Positions 1 through 19,019 of a DNA stretch of 64,000 bases are shown here, piece after piece. Both the position numbers and the translations under genes were made by a program. The stretch comes from Scenedesmus sp. PABB004. Taxonomy: Eukaryota. The notes beneath the pieces are model-generated. The model was not told where the DNA came from. It saw nothing but the letters and a program-made list of their open reading frames with translations, and did not search any database. Numbering within the stretch: the stretch's first letter is position 1; each line of letters starts with the position of its first letter. Where the stretch lies: contig JABVCE010000036.1 in assembly GCA_014905635.1 (NCBI GenBank), forward strand, positions 186,001-250,000, given 5' to 3'.

Positions 1-677
1 GCAGCTACGGCAAGAACAAGGGCACGCCGCTCGGCAAGCCGCCCAAGGACTGGGCGCGCAGCTATGCGATCTGGATCCCCAGCTCGGACCCCGCGCGCGA
101 CCTCGGGGTGCGCCCGGCGGCGCCCGGCGGCGCGCGCGCGCCGGCCAAGGCGGCCCCGCGCCCGAGCCCGCCGCGCCCGCCGCCCGCCGGCCGCGCGCGC
201 GCGCAGCTGTCGATCCGGCCGTTTGAGATCGCGCGGCGCATCGCGGCCAGCGTGGAGGGCGTGTACGGCTACGGCATCACCATCCTGCCCCGCCGCCTCG
301 GCAGCTCGATGGGCGTGGTCGTGGCGATCCACGTCAGGTGCGGCGGCCGCGCCACGGCAACGGCCGCGCGGGCGGCGGCGGCGTGAGGGAGCGCCCGGCC
401 CGGGCGCCGCCCGGCGCGACGCGCGCCGCTGCTGACCACGCGCCGCCGCCACGCCGCGCGCACGCAGCACGGACGACTGGGAGCAGCTCAGCCAGGCCGA
501 GATCCCCGGCGACCCCATCGGCTACAGCAAGACCTGCACGCAGGTGCGCGGCGCGGCGGCCGGGCGCGCGCACGCGGCGCGGCGCTCAACCTCACTCACG
601 CTGCGTCGCCGCCCGCCGCGCGCCCGCTGACTTTGACTTTGACGTTTTAGTACATCGGCGTGCCGCTGCCCAAGTAG
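1..677 (+). CDS. 3' part of a spliced hypothetical protein gene (5' end outside window)
   Basis: Exons <1-107, 207-337, 468-543 and 651-677 join through GT-AG introns into ...SYGKNKGTPLGKPPKDWARSYAIWIPSSDPARDLGLSIRPFEIARRIAASVEGVYGYGITILPRRLGSSMGVVVAIHVSTDDWEQLSQAEIPGDPIGYSKTCTQYIGVPLPK*. Family not recognised. Confidence 0.75.
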
Positions 678-1039
678 GCGCAGCTCCCTCACATCCCTCA
701 CGCACACCGTCACTGTACACACACCACGGCTTGCGGCGCGTCCGCGTCCGCGCGCTGCTGTTCCGGGACGGCGTCGCCGCGCTGGCGACTGCTTGCCCGC
801 GCTGGCGGCTGCTTGCCCCGCGAATCGAGGGAGGAGGCTGCACTGCACTGGGGTGCGGCTCCGCACGGGCTTGATCTGCCAGTGAGCCGAGGCTAGCGAA
901 TTTGGGGCCGGCGTGGGGCCCACAAGAAGAGTCGAGTTCAGCAGCCCAGCTCAGCACCCCACAAGCGCGCTCGCGACGCTGCCGCGCGGCGGAGCCACGC
1001 GCCCGGTGGGGCCCCGCGAGGAGACTACTAGTAACGCCG

Positions 1040-2665
1040 TCACTCGTCGTCGCCGTCGTCGCCCCCGAGCGCCTCAAACGCCGCCAGCTTGGCCGCGAGG
1101 TCGGCGCCGAGCGCGCCCGCGCCGGCGAGCTCTGCCTCCACCAGCGCGTCGGCGTCGTCAATGTCCTCAACCAGCGCCTCTCCGCCACAGCCGCCGCCGC
1201 CAGCCCCGAGCCATGCCCCGCCCGCCGCGCCGGCGCTCGCCTGCGGGGGGCCGAGCCCTCCTGCTGCTCCTGCCCGGGCGCGCGCGCTCGGCTCGGACGC
1301 CAGCTGGCGCGGCGAGTCCGCGCCAAAGACGTCGTCGCCGCCGCCGCCCAGCATGAGCGTGCCCGCCGCCGCGAGGCTGCCGACGCCCCAGCCGCCCGCG
1401 CGCGCGGAGCCGCGCGACGGCTCAGCCGCGAGGCCGCCGCGGCCGGGCGGCGTGGCGGCGGGCCGCGGCCCGCGCGAGTGCTCGCCCGCGAGCGGCGCGG
1501 CGCGGAGGCCGTCGGCGCTGGCGGCGGCGCTGCGCACGGCGCCGTCGTCGTCCGAGTCAGAGTCGACCAGCACCACCTCGCGGCCGGGGCCCTCGCCGCC
1601 AGGGGCGGCGGCCGGCGCGTGCGCGCCGCTGCCGCACCGTGAGCCGCCCGCCGCCAGCCCGCTGACGGCCGCGTTCGCGTCGGGGCTGGGCGGCCCCGCC
1701 GCCGCGGCGTAGGTGCTGCGCAGCGCGCTCCAGGGGTCGGCGGGGTCGTCCGGCGGCGCGGCCGCCGCCGGCGGGCCGGCTGGCGGGCTCGCCGCGCGCG
1801 CCACGGGCGGCGGCGCGGCGGCCGAGGCCCCCCTGGCCGCCACCACCGGCGGCAGCGGCGCCGGGCTGCCGTCTGCGCTGCCAGCCGCCCCGCTGCCAGA
1901 GACGCGCGCCCCCGAGCTCGTGCTGCCGGTCAGGCGGCGCGGCGCGGGCAGCTCCGGCGGGGCGCCCGCCGGCGCGCTGGGCTGGCCCTGGCCCCTCGCG
2001 GGCGCCGCGCCGGCGCTGCCCGGCCGGCTGCCCCGGTCCGCGCTCGTCCCAGCGCCCGCGCCAGCGCCCGCGCCGGCGCCCGCGCCGGCGCCCGCGCCGG
2101 CGCCGGGCGGCGCCCAGCCGCCGCCGCGCTTCATGGGCGGCAGCCCGGCCGCAGCTGGCGCGGCGCGGCCGCCGGCGCCGGGGTGCGCGCTGGAGAACAC
2201 CGCCACCGGCGGCAGCGGCCCCGCCGCTGCCGGGCGCACGCCCGGCGCGTCGCGCAGCCAGTCTGGCTGCCGCGCGAGCAGGCTGCCCACCGCGCGGCCG
2301 TCGGCGGCGCGCGGCGGCGGAGCGGCCGCTGCCGCAGCTGCCGCGCCGCCCAGCTCGCGGCCGCAGTCAAACTCTGGCTCGTGCGCCGCGGGCCCCGCCC
2401 TCGCCGACGGCTGCTGCAGCTGCTCCAGCTGCTCGGGCGGCGGCTGTGCGCGCTGCGCCGGCTCGCAGTTCTCAGGCGGCGGCGCCGCTGACGGCGGCTG
2501 CAGCGCGGCGGGCTCGCTGGCCGGCGCGGGCTCGACGCGCAGCGCCACCACCGTGGGCGCCGCCGCCGCGGCCGCTGCGTGCGGGCGCGAGCGGCGGCGT
2601 GAGCAGAGAGGGAGGCAGGGATCAGGCCCGGCCGCGCACAGACCTTTGGAGCCGCCGCAGCCCAT
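1040..2665 (-). CDS. Low-complexity Ala/Pro/Gly-rich protein with N-terminal dual-acylation motif
   Basis: ATG at 2665 gives MGCGGSK (Gly2 myristoylation / Cys3 palmitoylation consensus). Probable intron after AAA G|GT, then a long open frame to TGA at 1040 with an acidic C-terminus (LVEDIDDADALVEAEL...). Confidence 0.65.
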   Translation of the reverse strand: MGCGGSKGLCAAGPDPCLPLCSRRRSRPHAAAAAAAPTVVALRVEPAPASEPAALQPPSAAPPPENCEPAQRAQPPPEQLEQLQQPSARAGPAAHEPEFDCGRELGGAAAAAAAAPPPRAADGRAVGSLLARQPDWLRDAPGVRPAAAGPLPPVAVFSSAHPGAGGRAAPAAAGLPPMKRGGGWAPPGAGAGAGAGAGAGAGAGAGTSADRGSRPGSAGAAPARGQGQPSAPAGAPPELPAPRRLTGSTSSGARVSGSGAAGSADGSPAPLPPVVAARGASAAAPPPVARAASPPAGPPAAAAPPDDPADPWSALRSTYAAAAGPPSPDANAAVSGLAAGGSRCGSGAHAPAAAPGGEGPGREVVLVDSDSDDDGAVRSAAASADGLRAAPLAGEHSRGPRPAATPPGRGGLAAEPSRGSARAGGWGVGSLAAAGTLMLGGGGDDVFGADSPRQLASEPSARARAGAAGGLGPPQASAGAAGGAWLGAGGGGCGGEALVEDIDDADALVEAELAGAGALGADLAAKLAAFEALGGDDGDDE

Positions 2666-3161
2666 GGCGGTGCTCAGCGAGTGCGGCGCGCGCTGCTGAG
2701 GGGCGGCGGAGCTGCTGGCTGCGCGTGCAGCGGCGCCCAGCCGGAGAGCGCTGCCCAGCTCTGGCGCCGGCTGCAGGGTAGGGGGCGTAGGGGGCGGGGC
2801 GGGGCACGGGCGCGGCACGGCGGGCGCCACGAGCCGGGCAAACGCCGCGTTTGACTGGCCGCGTTTCAGCCGCCGCTGTCCTCCACGCCCCGACGACGAC
2901 CGCGTCACCGTCAGCGCCACTCGGGTGTCACGCCCTGCCGCCAACCTGCGCAGCACACAGGCCGCACCGAGCGCGACAGGCAGCGCCGACCGGCCGCCGC
3001 TGCCGCGCGGCACCGCGCCCTGCCCGCGGCGACCGGCGACCGTCCGCCACGCTCTGTGGCTAGCGTGCGTGCGTCCTGCTGCGAGTCCGGATCGGCGCCG
3101 AGCCCCGACCCTCCACGCGCACGCGGCGCCGGTTGGCGGCATCTGCGCGCCGCCGTCCAGC

Positions 3162-5476
3162 ATGGCGTCCTCGCTGCAGCAGATGCTTGCGCGGGCGCAC
3201 AATGCTGATGGGAACAGCTGCCAATCGGTACGTCAGCCGGCGGGGCAGCGGCTGCCGGGGGTCCAGGCGCCGCGGCGCGCCCGGAGCCATCACCCCGCCG
3301 CTGCTGCGCAGGCGCTGATCTCCGCCTACGAGGCGGAGCAGCTGGTGCAGGGCCTGCAGCCCACGGCCATCGAGCAGGTGAGGCGGCTGGTCAGAGCGGT
3401 GCGGTGTGCCGGCGCGCCGCCGCGACGCAAGCGGCCGGTCGCTGCTGCCCGCGCGTGCGCAGGTGGGCGACGCGCGCTTCATGCAGCAGCACGACGCCAT
3501 CCAGAAGCTCAACCTGCAGGTGGGACAGCGACGCCCCCGCCGGCGGCGCATGCTGGCGGCGCGTGGCGCGCGCGCGGGGCGCCGCCGCCGAGCGGCAGCC
3601 GCCGCGCGCCCGCCGCCACGACGCGCAGGCGCACCACAACGCGCAGACGCACAGCGACGAGTTCGTGATGGAGCTGCTCATCTCGCTGGACAAGCTGCCG
3701 GTGCTGGTGCAGGAGCTGCTGGTCATCGAGGTGCGCTGAGGGGGGGGGGTCCCGCCATGTCATCGTGCTTTGCAGGACGCGCGCCGCGCCGCCGCGCGGT
3801 GCGCCACGCACGCGATCCGCCCCCGCAGGCGTGGAAGGAGCGGCTCTTCCCGCTGCTGGCGGGCCACCTCGCGGAGGGCGTGGACTCGGCCACGACGTAC
3901 CTGGTGCTCTATCACGAGGCAGCGGTGGCAAACCTGCTGGAGGTGCGGCGGCCGCCGCCGCGCGCGCGCGCCTCCCGGCGGCGCCCGCCCGCAGCGCCGT
4001 CGCCGCCCCTGCGCCCACCTGCCCAGGTGGTGCTGTTCCACCGCCACGCGTGCGAGGCGCTGGGGGAGGACCCGCTGCTGGAGCTGGCGGACTGGTCGAT
4101 GCGCAAGCTGGCGCACCTCAACAGCGGCGCGTACGCCCACGCCGGCGCGCCAGGTGCGCGCGCGGCCGCCGCTGCGACGCGGGGGCGCGGCGCCGTGGGT
4201 GCGGCGCTCCCAGGCCGGCCGGCCCTCGCCCCGCCGCCGCTTCCCGAACGCGCGCAGAGCGCAGCGTGCAGGAGGTGCTCGACGAGAGCCCCGCCGCAGA
4301 ACTGGCCGCCAAGCGCGCGGAGACCGACTTTGCGGCGTCCCTGTGCGGCCTCACGGTCCTGCGCTACCTAACCGACGCGCTGCCGGCGCTGCACCACGGC
4401 CTCGGCCTCATGGGCCGCCTGCTGTCGGCGCACGACGCCGTCATGGCGCTGCTGCCGCTCGTTGAGGCGCCGCCGTGGGCGCGCACGCGGCCGGGCGGCA
4501 AGGCGAGCGCGCGCGCGCGAGGCGGCGCCGCGCCGCTCGACAGAGCTGTGCAAGCGCCGCGGCCGACGCTGCCCGCCGCCGCCTCCTGCGCCGCCGCCGC
4601 TGCCGCGACCGGTCTGGCGCCGCGCGCTGCCGGCAGGTTGAGAAGTTCATTGACGGCCGCTGGCAGCTGGTGCCGCCGGCTGACAGGCTGAAGATCACCC
4701 AGCTGGACGGCCAGGTGCGAGTGGGGCTGGACGGGCGTGGGGCCGTCAGCGAGGGGCGGCGGCGTGCACTGTGCGGGTGCGGCCTGCGCACAGCGCGGCG
4801 GCGTGCGCACGCTGACTGGCGCCCTCTCCCGCCCTCCGGTGTGGCTCAGGTGTGGCTCTCGCTCGTCAACCTGCTGGTGGAGCCGGCGTGCCGCGCCAAG
4901 TACAACCCTGATGAGTTCAGGTGCGCACGGGGGCGCGGCGCAGCGCGGCGCGGGGGCCAGGCACGGAAGGGCGGCGCGTCACGAGCGCCACCGCCGCCGC
5001 GCCGCCGGCGCGCGCGCAGGCGCGGCGCCCTGCTGAGGCTGCAGCGCCACCTGCACGAGCTGCTGCTGGACCAGCTGCCCGTGCTGCGCCAGCTGGCGAG
5101 CGTGCTGGACGAGCTCGCGCTGGGCGTGGCGCCGGCCGCGGCCGACGGCGGCGGGGGCGGGCGGCTCATACTGGAGCAGGTGCGGCGGGCGCGCGCGCGC
5201 CGCCAGCCGGCTGCGTCGTGGCCGCGCGCACGCCTGCGCCAGCTGCGCCACGCGCCGAGGCGTGTGACGGCCGTGCACGCGCGGCGCGGCCGGCCGCGCC
5301 GCCAGGTGCCCACGCTGCGCGCGGCGCTGCTGGCGGGCAAGGACTGGGCGGGCATCGCGGCCGCGCAGGCGGCCGCGCAGTTTGGCCCCGCCGCCAAGCG
5401 CATGGGGCGCGAGCGCCTGGCGGGGCTGGTGCAGCAGTTTGAGCTGCTCTGCGCGATGGAGGAGGCGGCCCCGCGG

Positions 5477-5511
<35 letters not shown>

Positions 5512-6381
5512 GCGCGAGGCGGAGGGCCTGCTCGGCGGTGGCGGCGCGGACGAGGCCGCGGTCCTGGCGTCGCGCGTGCGCGTGGTGGCGTCGCGCCAGG
5601 TGCACGCGGGCGGCATATGGGAGCCGTGGTGCGAGTTCACCGCGGCGCTGGACGCCGGCCGCGCCGGCGAGCCCGTGACCGTCAGCGGCGAGCAGGTCAA
5701 TGGCGGCGCTGCGCCGGCGGCCGACGCGGGCGCCGTGCGGGGGCGGCGCTACCGCCTGGCGGCCATGGACGTGTCCGACACGCGCGCGCTGCCCACCCAC
5801 GGCAAGGTGCGTGGGTCGGCGCGGGCAGCCCGCAGGGCCCCCTGCGCCCTGCCTGCGCGGCGCGCGCGACGCGGCAGGGCCGGGCGCTGACACGTAGCGC
5901 GCGCTGCGGCGCGTGCTGCGGCAGGTGGCCGTGCACTTCATGGGCGCCGTGGCCGAGGCGCTGCTGACGCTGCCGGAGGTGCCCCTGCGCGGCAGCGACG
6001 GCTGCGGCGCGCCGGCCGCGCTCTGGCTCACGGTCGGCCTGCTCGCGGCGGACGGCTTCGCGCTGCAGCTGCGGCTCAAGCGCGCGGAGCGGGTGGGCCG
6101 GCAGCCCGGGGCCTGGCGCGCGCGGCGCGTCCGCGTTGCACTCGCCCCGCGCGCGCTGGCCAACCCTCCCGTTGCCGCCGCCGCCGCCGCCGACCCCGCA
6201 GCCGAGCGAGCGCGACCGGCAGGCGGGCTGGTTCGCATACCACCCCGTGGGCGGCGCCATCACGGTGCTGCTGCCGCCGGAGGACGACGACGGCGGCGGC
6301 ACCAGGGGGGCGGGCGGTGGCGCTGGCGCCAAGGCGCGCGCTGCGGCGCCCGCGAGCGACGTCGCGCCGGTCAAGCCGTGA
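3162..6381 (+). CDS. ZMYND10: ZMYND10 (BLU/DNAAF7)-like axonemal dynein assembly factor, about 13 exons, no MYND finger seen
   Basis: Spliced product contains QQHDAIQKLNLQAHHNAQTHSDEFVMELLISLDKLPVLVQELLVIEAWKERLFPLL, YLVLYHEAAVANLLEVVLFH, LELADWSMRKL, LTVLRYLTD, LVEAPPW, KITQLDGQVWLSLVNLL and LLDQLPVL, which are the ZMYND10 N-terminal blocks. One GC-AG intron (4503-4636). Confidence 0.88.
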
Positions 6382-6428
6382 GCGCGTGTGACACCCCGTG
6401 CGTGCTCCCGACAGCGCGTGTGCTGCTG

Positions 6429-6433
6429 TTACA
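6429..6433 (-). promoter_or_regulatory. TGTAA polyadenylation signal of the DOT1-like gene
   Basis: TTACA on the + strand, about 37 nt beyond the minus-strand stop at 6470. TGTAA is the chlorophyte poly(A) signal. Confidence 0.6.
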
Positions 6434-6469
6434 CGCCCGCAGCAGCGGGCGGAAGGGAGGAGGCCCCAG

Positions 6470-9019
6470 TCACTCCCGCGCGTCGCCGGCCACGGCGAGC
6501 GCGGACACGGCCGCGCGCGCCTCGCTCAACGCGCGCCCCACGCTGTCCTGCGACGCGGCAGGCTGCTGCTGCTTGGTGGCCGCCAGCTTCTGCTGGCGCT
6601 GCGTCTTGGGCCGCGCGCCCACGTCCGCGCCCGCCGCCGCCTCGGCGCCGCGCCCGCCCCGCGCGCTGCTGCCGGTGCTGAGCGTGCTGCTGCCGCTGCG
6701 CAGCGCGCGCGCGCCGCGGCCCTCGCCGGCCGTGTCGGCGCCGCCGGAGGCTCCGCGGGGCGGCCTGCTGCCGCTCGCCGCCGTGCTCCGGCTGCCCCTG
6801 GCGCTGACCGACATGCTGCTGCCGCCGCTGCCCGGCGCGCCAGACGACGCGCCCGCCGCGCGGCGGCCCGCGCGCGTGCTGCCGCCGCCGCCGCCGGGGC
6901 CGCTGCTGCCCGCGCTGGCGCTGGCGCTGTAGCTGAGCGAGCGCGGGCGCAGGCCGTAGCCCGCGCCCGCGGCCGCGCTGGGCGCGGCGCGCAGGTGGTC
7001 GTCGCCGGCCGCGCCGGCCGCGCCGCCGCGCGCCCGCTTGCTGGGCGACCCCAGGTCGTCGCCCTCGCCGCCGGCCGCGCCGCCGCCGCCGCCGGGCAGC
7101 CGCTTGCCGGGGCTGGGCGCCGCCTGCGCCTGCGTCACCAGCTGCACCAGGCCCGCTGGCGGCGGCGACCCGCCGTCGTCGCTGTCGTCGTCGGCCTCCG
7201 CCGCCTCCTCCCCCTCCTCCCGGGGCGGCCGCGGCTTGGTGCAGCTCGCGAGCCCCGCCTCCAGCGCCGGCGCGCCCGCGCCGCGCGGCGGGCTGGCAGG
7301 CTCCGCGGCCGCGGCGCCGCCGGCGCAGCGCAGCAGCAGCTCCGCCGAGGGCGAGGCGACCTTTGAGAACACGTAGGCCTGGAACGACCGCCCGCTGCCT
7401 GCGCGCGCGCGGGGCCCAACGCGCGGGGCCGGCCGTTGCGTCAGCGCGGCGCAGCGCGGGGCCGCCGCGGCCGCGCCACGCGCCGCCGCTCGCGCGGCGC
7501 GGGGCCGCAGCCAAGCGCCGTGAGCCGCGCGGCCGCCCGGCGGCGCGGCGCACCCGACATGTTGACCGGGAAGGCCTTGATCAGCAGCAGCGGCCCAAAG
7601 CCCAGCTCCGCCATTGCCGCCTCGGGCGGGCCGCCGCGGATGGCGCGCTGCACCACCGCCACCGCCTGCGGGCGGGGGCCGCGCGCGGGGCGGCGTGGGC
7701 GCGCGCGCCCAGCGGCCTGCCGCCGCGGCCGCGCGCGCCGCGCGCTGGGCTGCGTGCGCGCACCCTGAGCGTGCGGGCGGCGCGGAAGAGCCGCCCGAAC
7801 GCGCGCTTGCCGGAGAGGGGCACGCCCTCCCAGAACGAGTACGCGTGGCTGGCGGGCTCGAGGCTCGCGACCTGCTCGATGGAGGCGCAGGTGAAGAGCG
7901 GCAGGCTCTGCGGCGCCAGCAGCTGGCCTTTGGCCGCCTTGCGCCGCGCCGCCGCCGCGGCCGCCGCACGGGCGTCCGCGCCGCCGCCGCCCGCGGCGCT
8001 GCCGGCCGAGGCGGCGCTGCGGCTGTCGCCCTGGCTGGCCTCGCTGCCGTCCGGCGCGTCGCTCGCCGGCGCCTCGCTCGCCGGCGCATCGGTCGCCGGT
8101 GCATCGCTCGCCGGCGCGTCGCTCGCCGGCTCGCTGCCGACCGACTCGAGCGCGGCGGCGCCGCCGCGCCGCGCCTGGTCGCTGCCGCCCGCCGCCACGT
8201 CGCGCGCGGCCTCGCCGCCGGCGCCCGGCAGCGCGCCGGCGTCTGTGCCCGCGGCGCCCGCGAGGAGGAGCGCGCCGCGGCCGTGCAGCTCGTCCACCAC
8301 GCCGCCGCAGAACGCGCGCGCCTTGGACACCTTCACGCCGTCCAGCTCCACGCCATACCCCGCGGCCACGCCGTGCAGCAGCAGCGCGTGCAGCAGCGGC
8401 CTGCGCGCAGGGCGGGCGCGCTCGCCGTGCTGCACCGCCGCGCGGGCGCGCGCGGCGGGCGCCCGCGCACCCGCCGCCCGCCCCAACCGCACCTGCCCAG
8501 CCCCGCGCCGACGTCGACGAGCGCGCTGGTGCGGCCGAGGCCGCAGTTGTGGCGCATGCACTCTAGCACCTTGTGCATGCCCGTGGCGGTGATGGAGCCG
8601 TAGATGCCCTCCACGCCCTCGCCGCCGCCCAGGCGCGACTGCAGCGCGGCCACGGCGCGGCCCGGCGCGTGAGGCGGACGCCCGTCGCGAGGCGGCAGCA
8701 GAGGGGCGAGAGCGAGTCACGCTCCCCCGCCGGCGCGGGCCGTGCGGGCGCCGCGGGCGCGCCGGAGGGAGGGCGGGCGGCGGCTGCGGATGCCAGGCCG
8801 CTGCCGCGCCGCGCCGCCGCACCTCCAGGCCCTGCATCACGCCGTACAGCGCGTCCATGGCGGCGGCTCGACGCGACCGAGCTGCAGTTTCAAAGGCAGG
8901 CCGGGGCGCGCCGCCTGTTTCAAACAGCGCCGCCGCAAGCCGTTTGGCAGCGCGCTGCTGCTGCTTGGCGGCGGCGGAGGCTGCTCGCAGCGCGCACGGG
9001 TGCGCGTGCCGGTGGGCAT
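6470..9019 (-). CDS. DOT1-like class I SAM-dependent methyltransferase, 6 exons
   Basis: Spliced: MPTGTRTPRSRRAAAMDALYGVMQGLE|SRLGGGEGVEGIYGSITATGMHKVLECMRHNCGLGRTSALVDVGAGLGR|PLLHALLLHGVAAGYGVELDGVKVSKA...FTCASIEQVASLEPASHAYSFWEG...FPVNMSG|SGRSFQAYVFSK, then a basic disordered tail. The YG(S/E), D-x-G-x-G-x-G and GVE motifs follow DOT1 order. Confidence 0.72.
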
Positions 9020-9128
9020 CCGGAGTCTGCGCGCGGCACGATAAACAATGGGAGCAGTCACACAACCCCAGCCCCGCGCCGCCGCGGCGCGCAATCTGTT
9101 ATACACGCGAGCACCGCCGCGCCGTCGC

Positions 9129-10026
9129 TCACACGAGGGCCCAGGGCCGGTGGTACGCGGCGTCCATCGCCTGGAGCTCCACGTAGCCCGGGCGGCGCAC
9201 GCGCTCGAGCCAGGCCATCGCCTGGCGCGCCGCGCAGCCGAGCAGCCCCAGCGCGCCGAGGCACGCGGCGCCGACCCCGGCGGCGTGCAGGCCCGACAGC
9301 CGCGCCGCGTCGCCGGCGGCGCGCTTCTCGTCGCCGCTCGGCACAAAGCCCCCGCCGCCGGGCGCCGCCTGCGTGAGCGCGCGCCTGCTGGCGGGGCGCT
9401 GCTGCTGGCGCGGCGGCGCCGGCGCCGCCGGCGCCGCCTTGGCTGCCGCCGCGTCCGCTGCCGCTCGCGGTGCGGCGGCCGGCGCCGCCGCTGCCACGGC
9501 CGCCGGTCGCCGGTGCTGCGGGGCGGCGGCCTTGGCCTGCTGCTTGTGCTGCATGTGCGCCGCCGCCTGCTGCTTGTGCGCCTGCTGCCCCGGCGCCTGC
9601 TGCTTGGGCTGCTTGGGCTGCGTGCGCTGCGCCTCCTGCGCCTCCAGCGCCGGCGGCCAGCGGAGCAGCTGCATCGCGAGGGCGAGGTGCTCGGCGATCC
9701 CCGCCGCGGCAGCTGCCGCCGCCGCGCCCGCGCCGCCGCGCTGCGGCTCCGCTGCTGCCGCCGCGCCCGCGCCGCCGCGCTGCGGCTCCGCTGCTGCCGC
9801 CGCGCCCGCGCCGCCGCGCTGCGGCTGCAGGCCGTGCTGCTGGTCGGCCGCCCCGGGGGACGGCAGCGCCAGGCCGGTGGCGCCTGCGGCGCGGCGCGGG
9901 CGGGGATCAGCGCGCGGGCGGGGATGCGGAGGAGGTCTGGGGAACGCCATTCCGCCAGCTCCGCCCACCTGAGGCCAGCAGCGCCGCCAGCAGCCCCGCC
10001 ACCGCCATGAGCCGCACGTCCCGCAT
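9129..10026 (-). CDS. Hypothetical secreted/single-pass membrane protein, 2 exons
   Basis: Signal-peptide-like MRDVRLMAVAGLLAALLASG, intron 9884-9968, Gln/Ala-rich body with 3x QRGGAGAAAAAEP, hydrophobic segment AAGVGAACLGALGLLGCAA near the C-terminus, stop at 9129. Confidence 0.6.
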
Positions 10027-10926
10027 GTCAGGGCCGCTGTGGCGCCGGGCCCCGCGCTGTGGAGGCCGTGCGAGGCCCTGGGGCTTCGTGCGCCTGCTCG
10101 CGCAGCGCGCGGCGGGCTGCGAATGGGCGGCGAGCGATGCGGCGCGGTCTGCGCGACCGCAGCGCCGGCACTCGGCGGCGCTCCACCGGCGGCGGCGCGG
10201 CGGCGGCGCTTCTGCGAAGCGCGAGCGTCGCGTCCCGGGCCCCAGACCTCCCAGTCCCACTTCCCGACGGTCGGCGTGCCTGCTGACGACGACCAGGGCG
10301 GGCGCACCCGAGCGCGCCCTGGTGTCCGCAGCCGGTGGCGGCGCCGGGAGCGGCGTCGGTCGCTATCCCGGCGTGCGGGCTTTCGCGCGCGCCGGGTCAA
10401 GCCGGCTGAGGCCGTCTGCGCAGGGCCGGGAGTGGCGTGTCGGCGGTCCTGCGCTTGCGTGGGCCTCACGCACCCGGCGCCTGCTGCTGCACCACTGCCC
10501 CTGGCGCCCAGCCGCCGCTCGTACTGATTCGCGGCCGCGGAGTGGTCCCCCGGGACCTCATGGTGTGTCGGGAGCGGGCGCGGATCCGGATCCGGCTGCG
10601 GGCGGCGCGTGCTGCGGGGCGGACCTCCGCCCACACCGCGAAGCACAGCGATTTTGCTCAGAGGAGGTACCCCCTGCGACGCGCCCCCCACCGCGCAGAG
10701 GCCCGAGCGGGCGACGAGAGGTGACGAGACGCGCCAGGCGCAGCGCCGCACGGGGGACGCAGCGCACCGGCTCGGGGGCCCGCACGGGCGAACGCGCCCA
10801 GGCGCAGCGCACGGGCGCGGCGTGACGCTCCCGCGGGCGTGAGAGCGCCAGCGGCCGGCGCCCGGCACCGCGCGGGGCGCGCAGGCATCCAGGGCGTGCC
10901 GCGCGGCGCATCGCGGCCTTCTCGCG

Positions 10927-19002
<8,076 letters not shown>

Positions 19003-19019
<17 letters not shown>

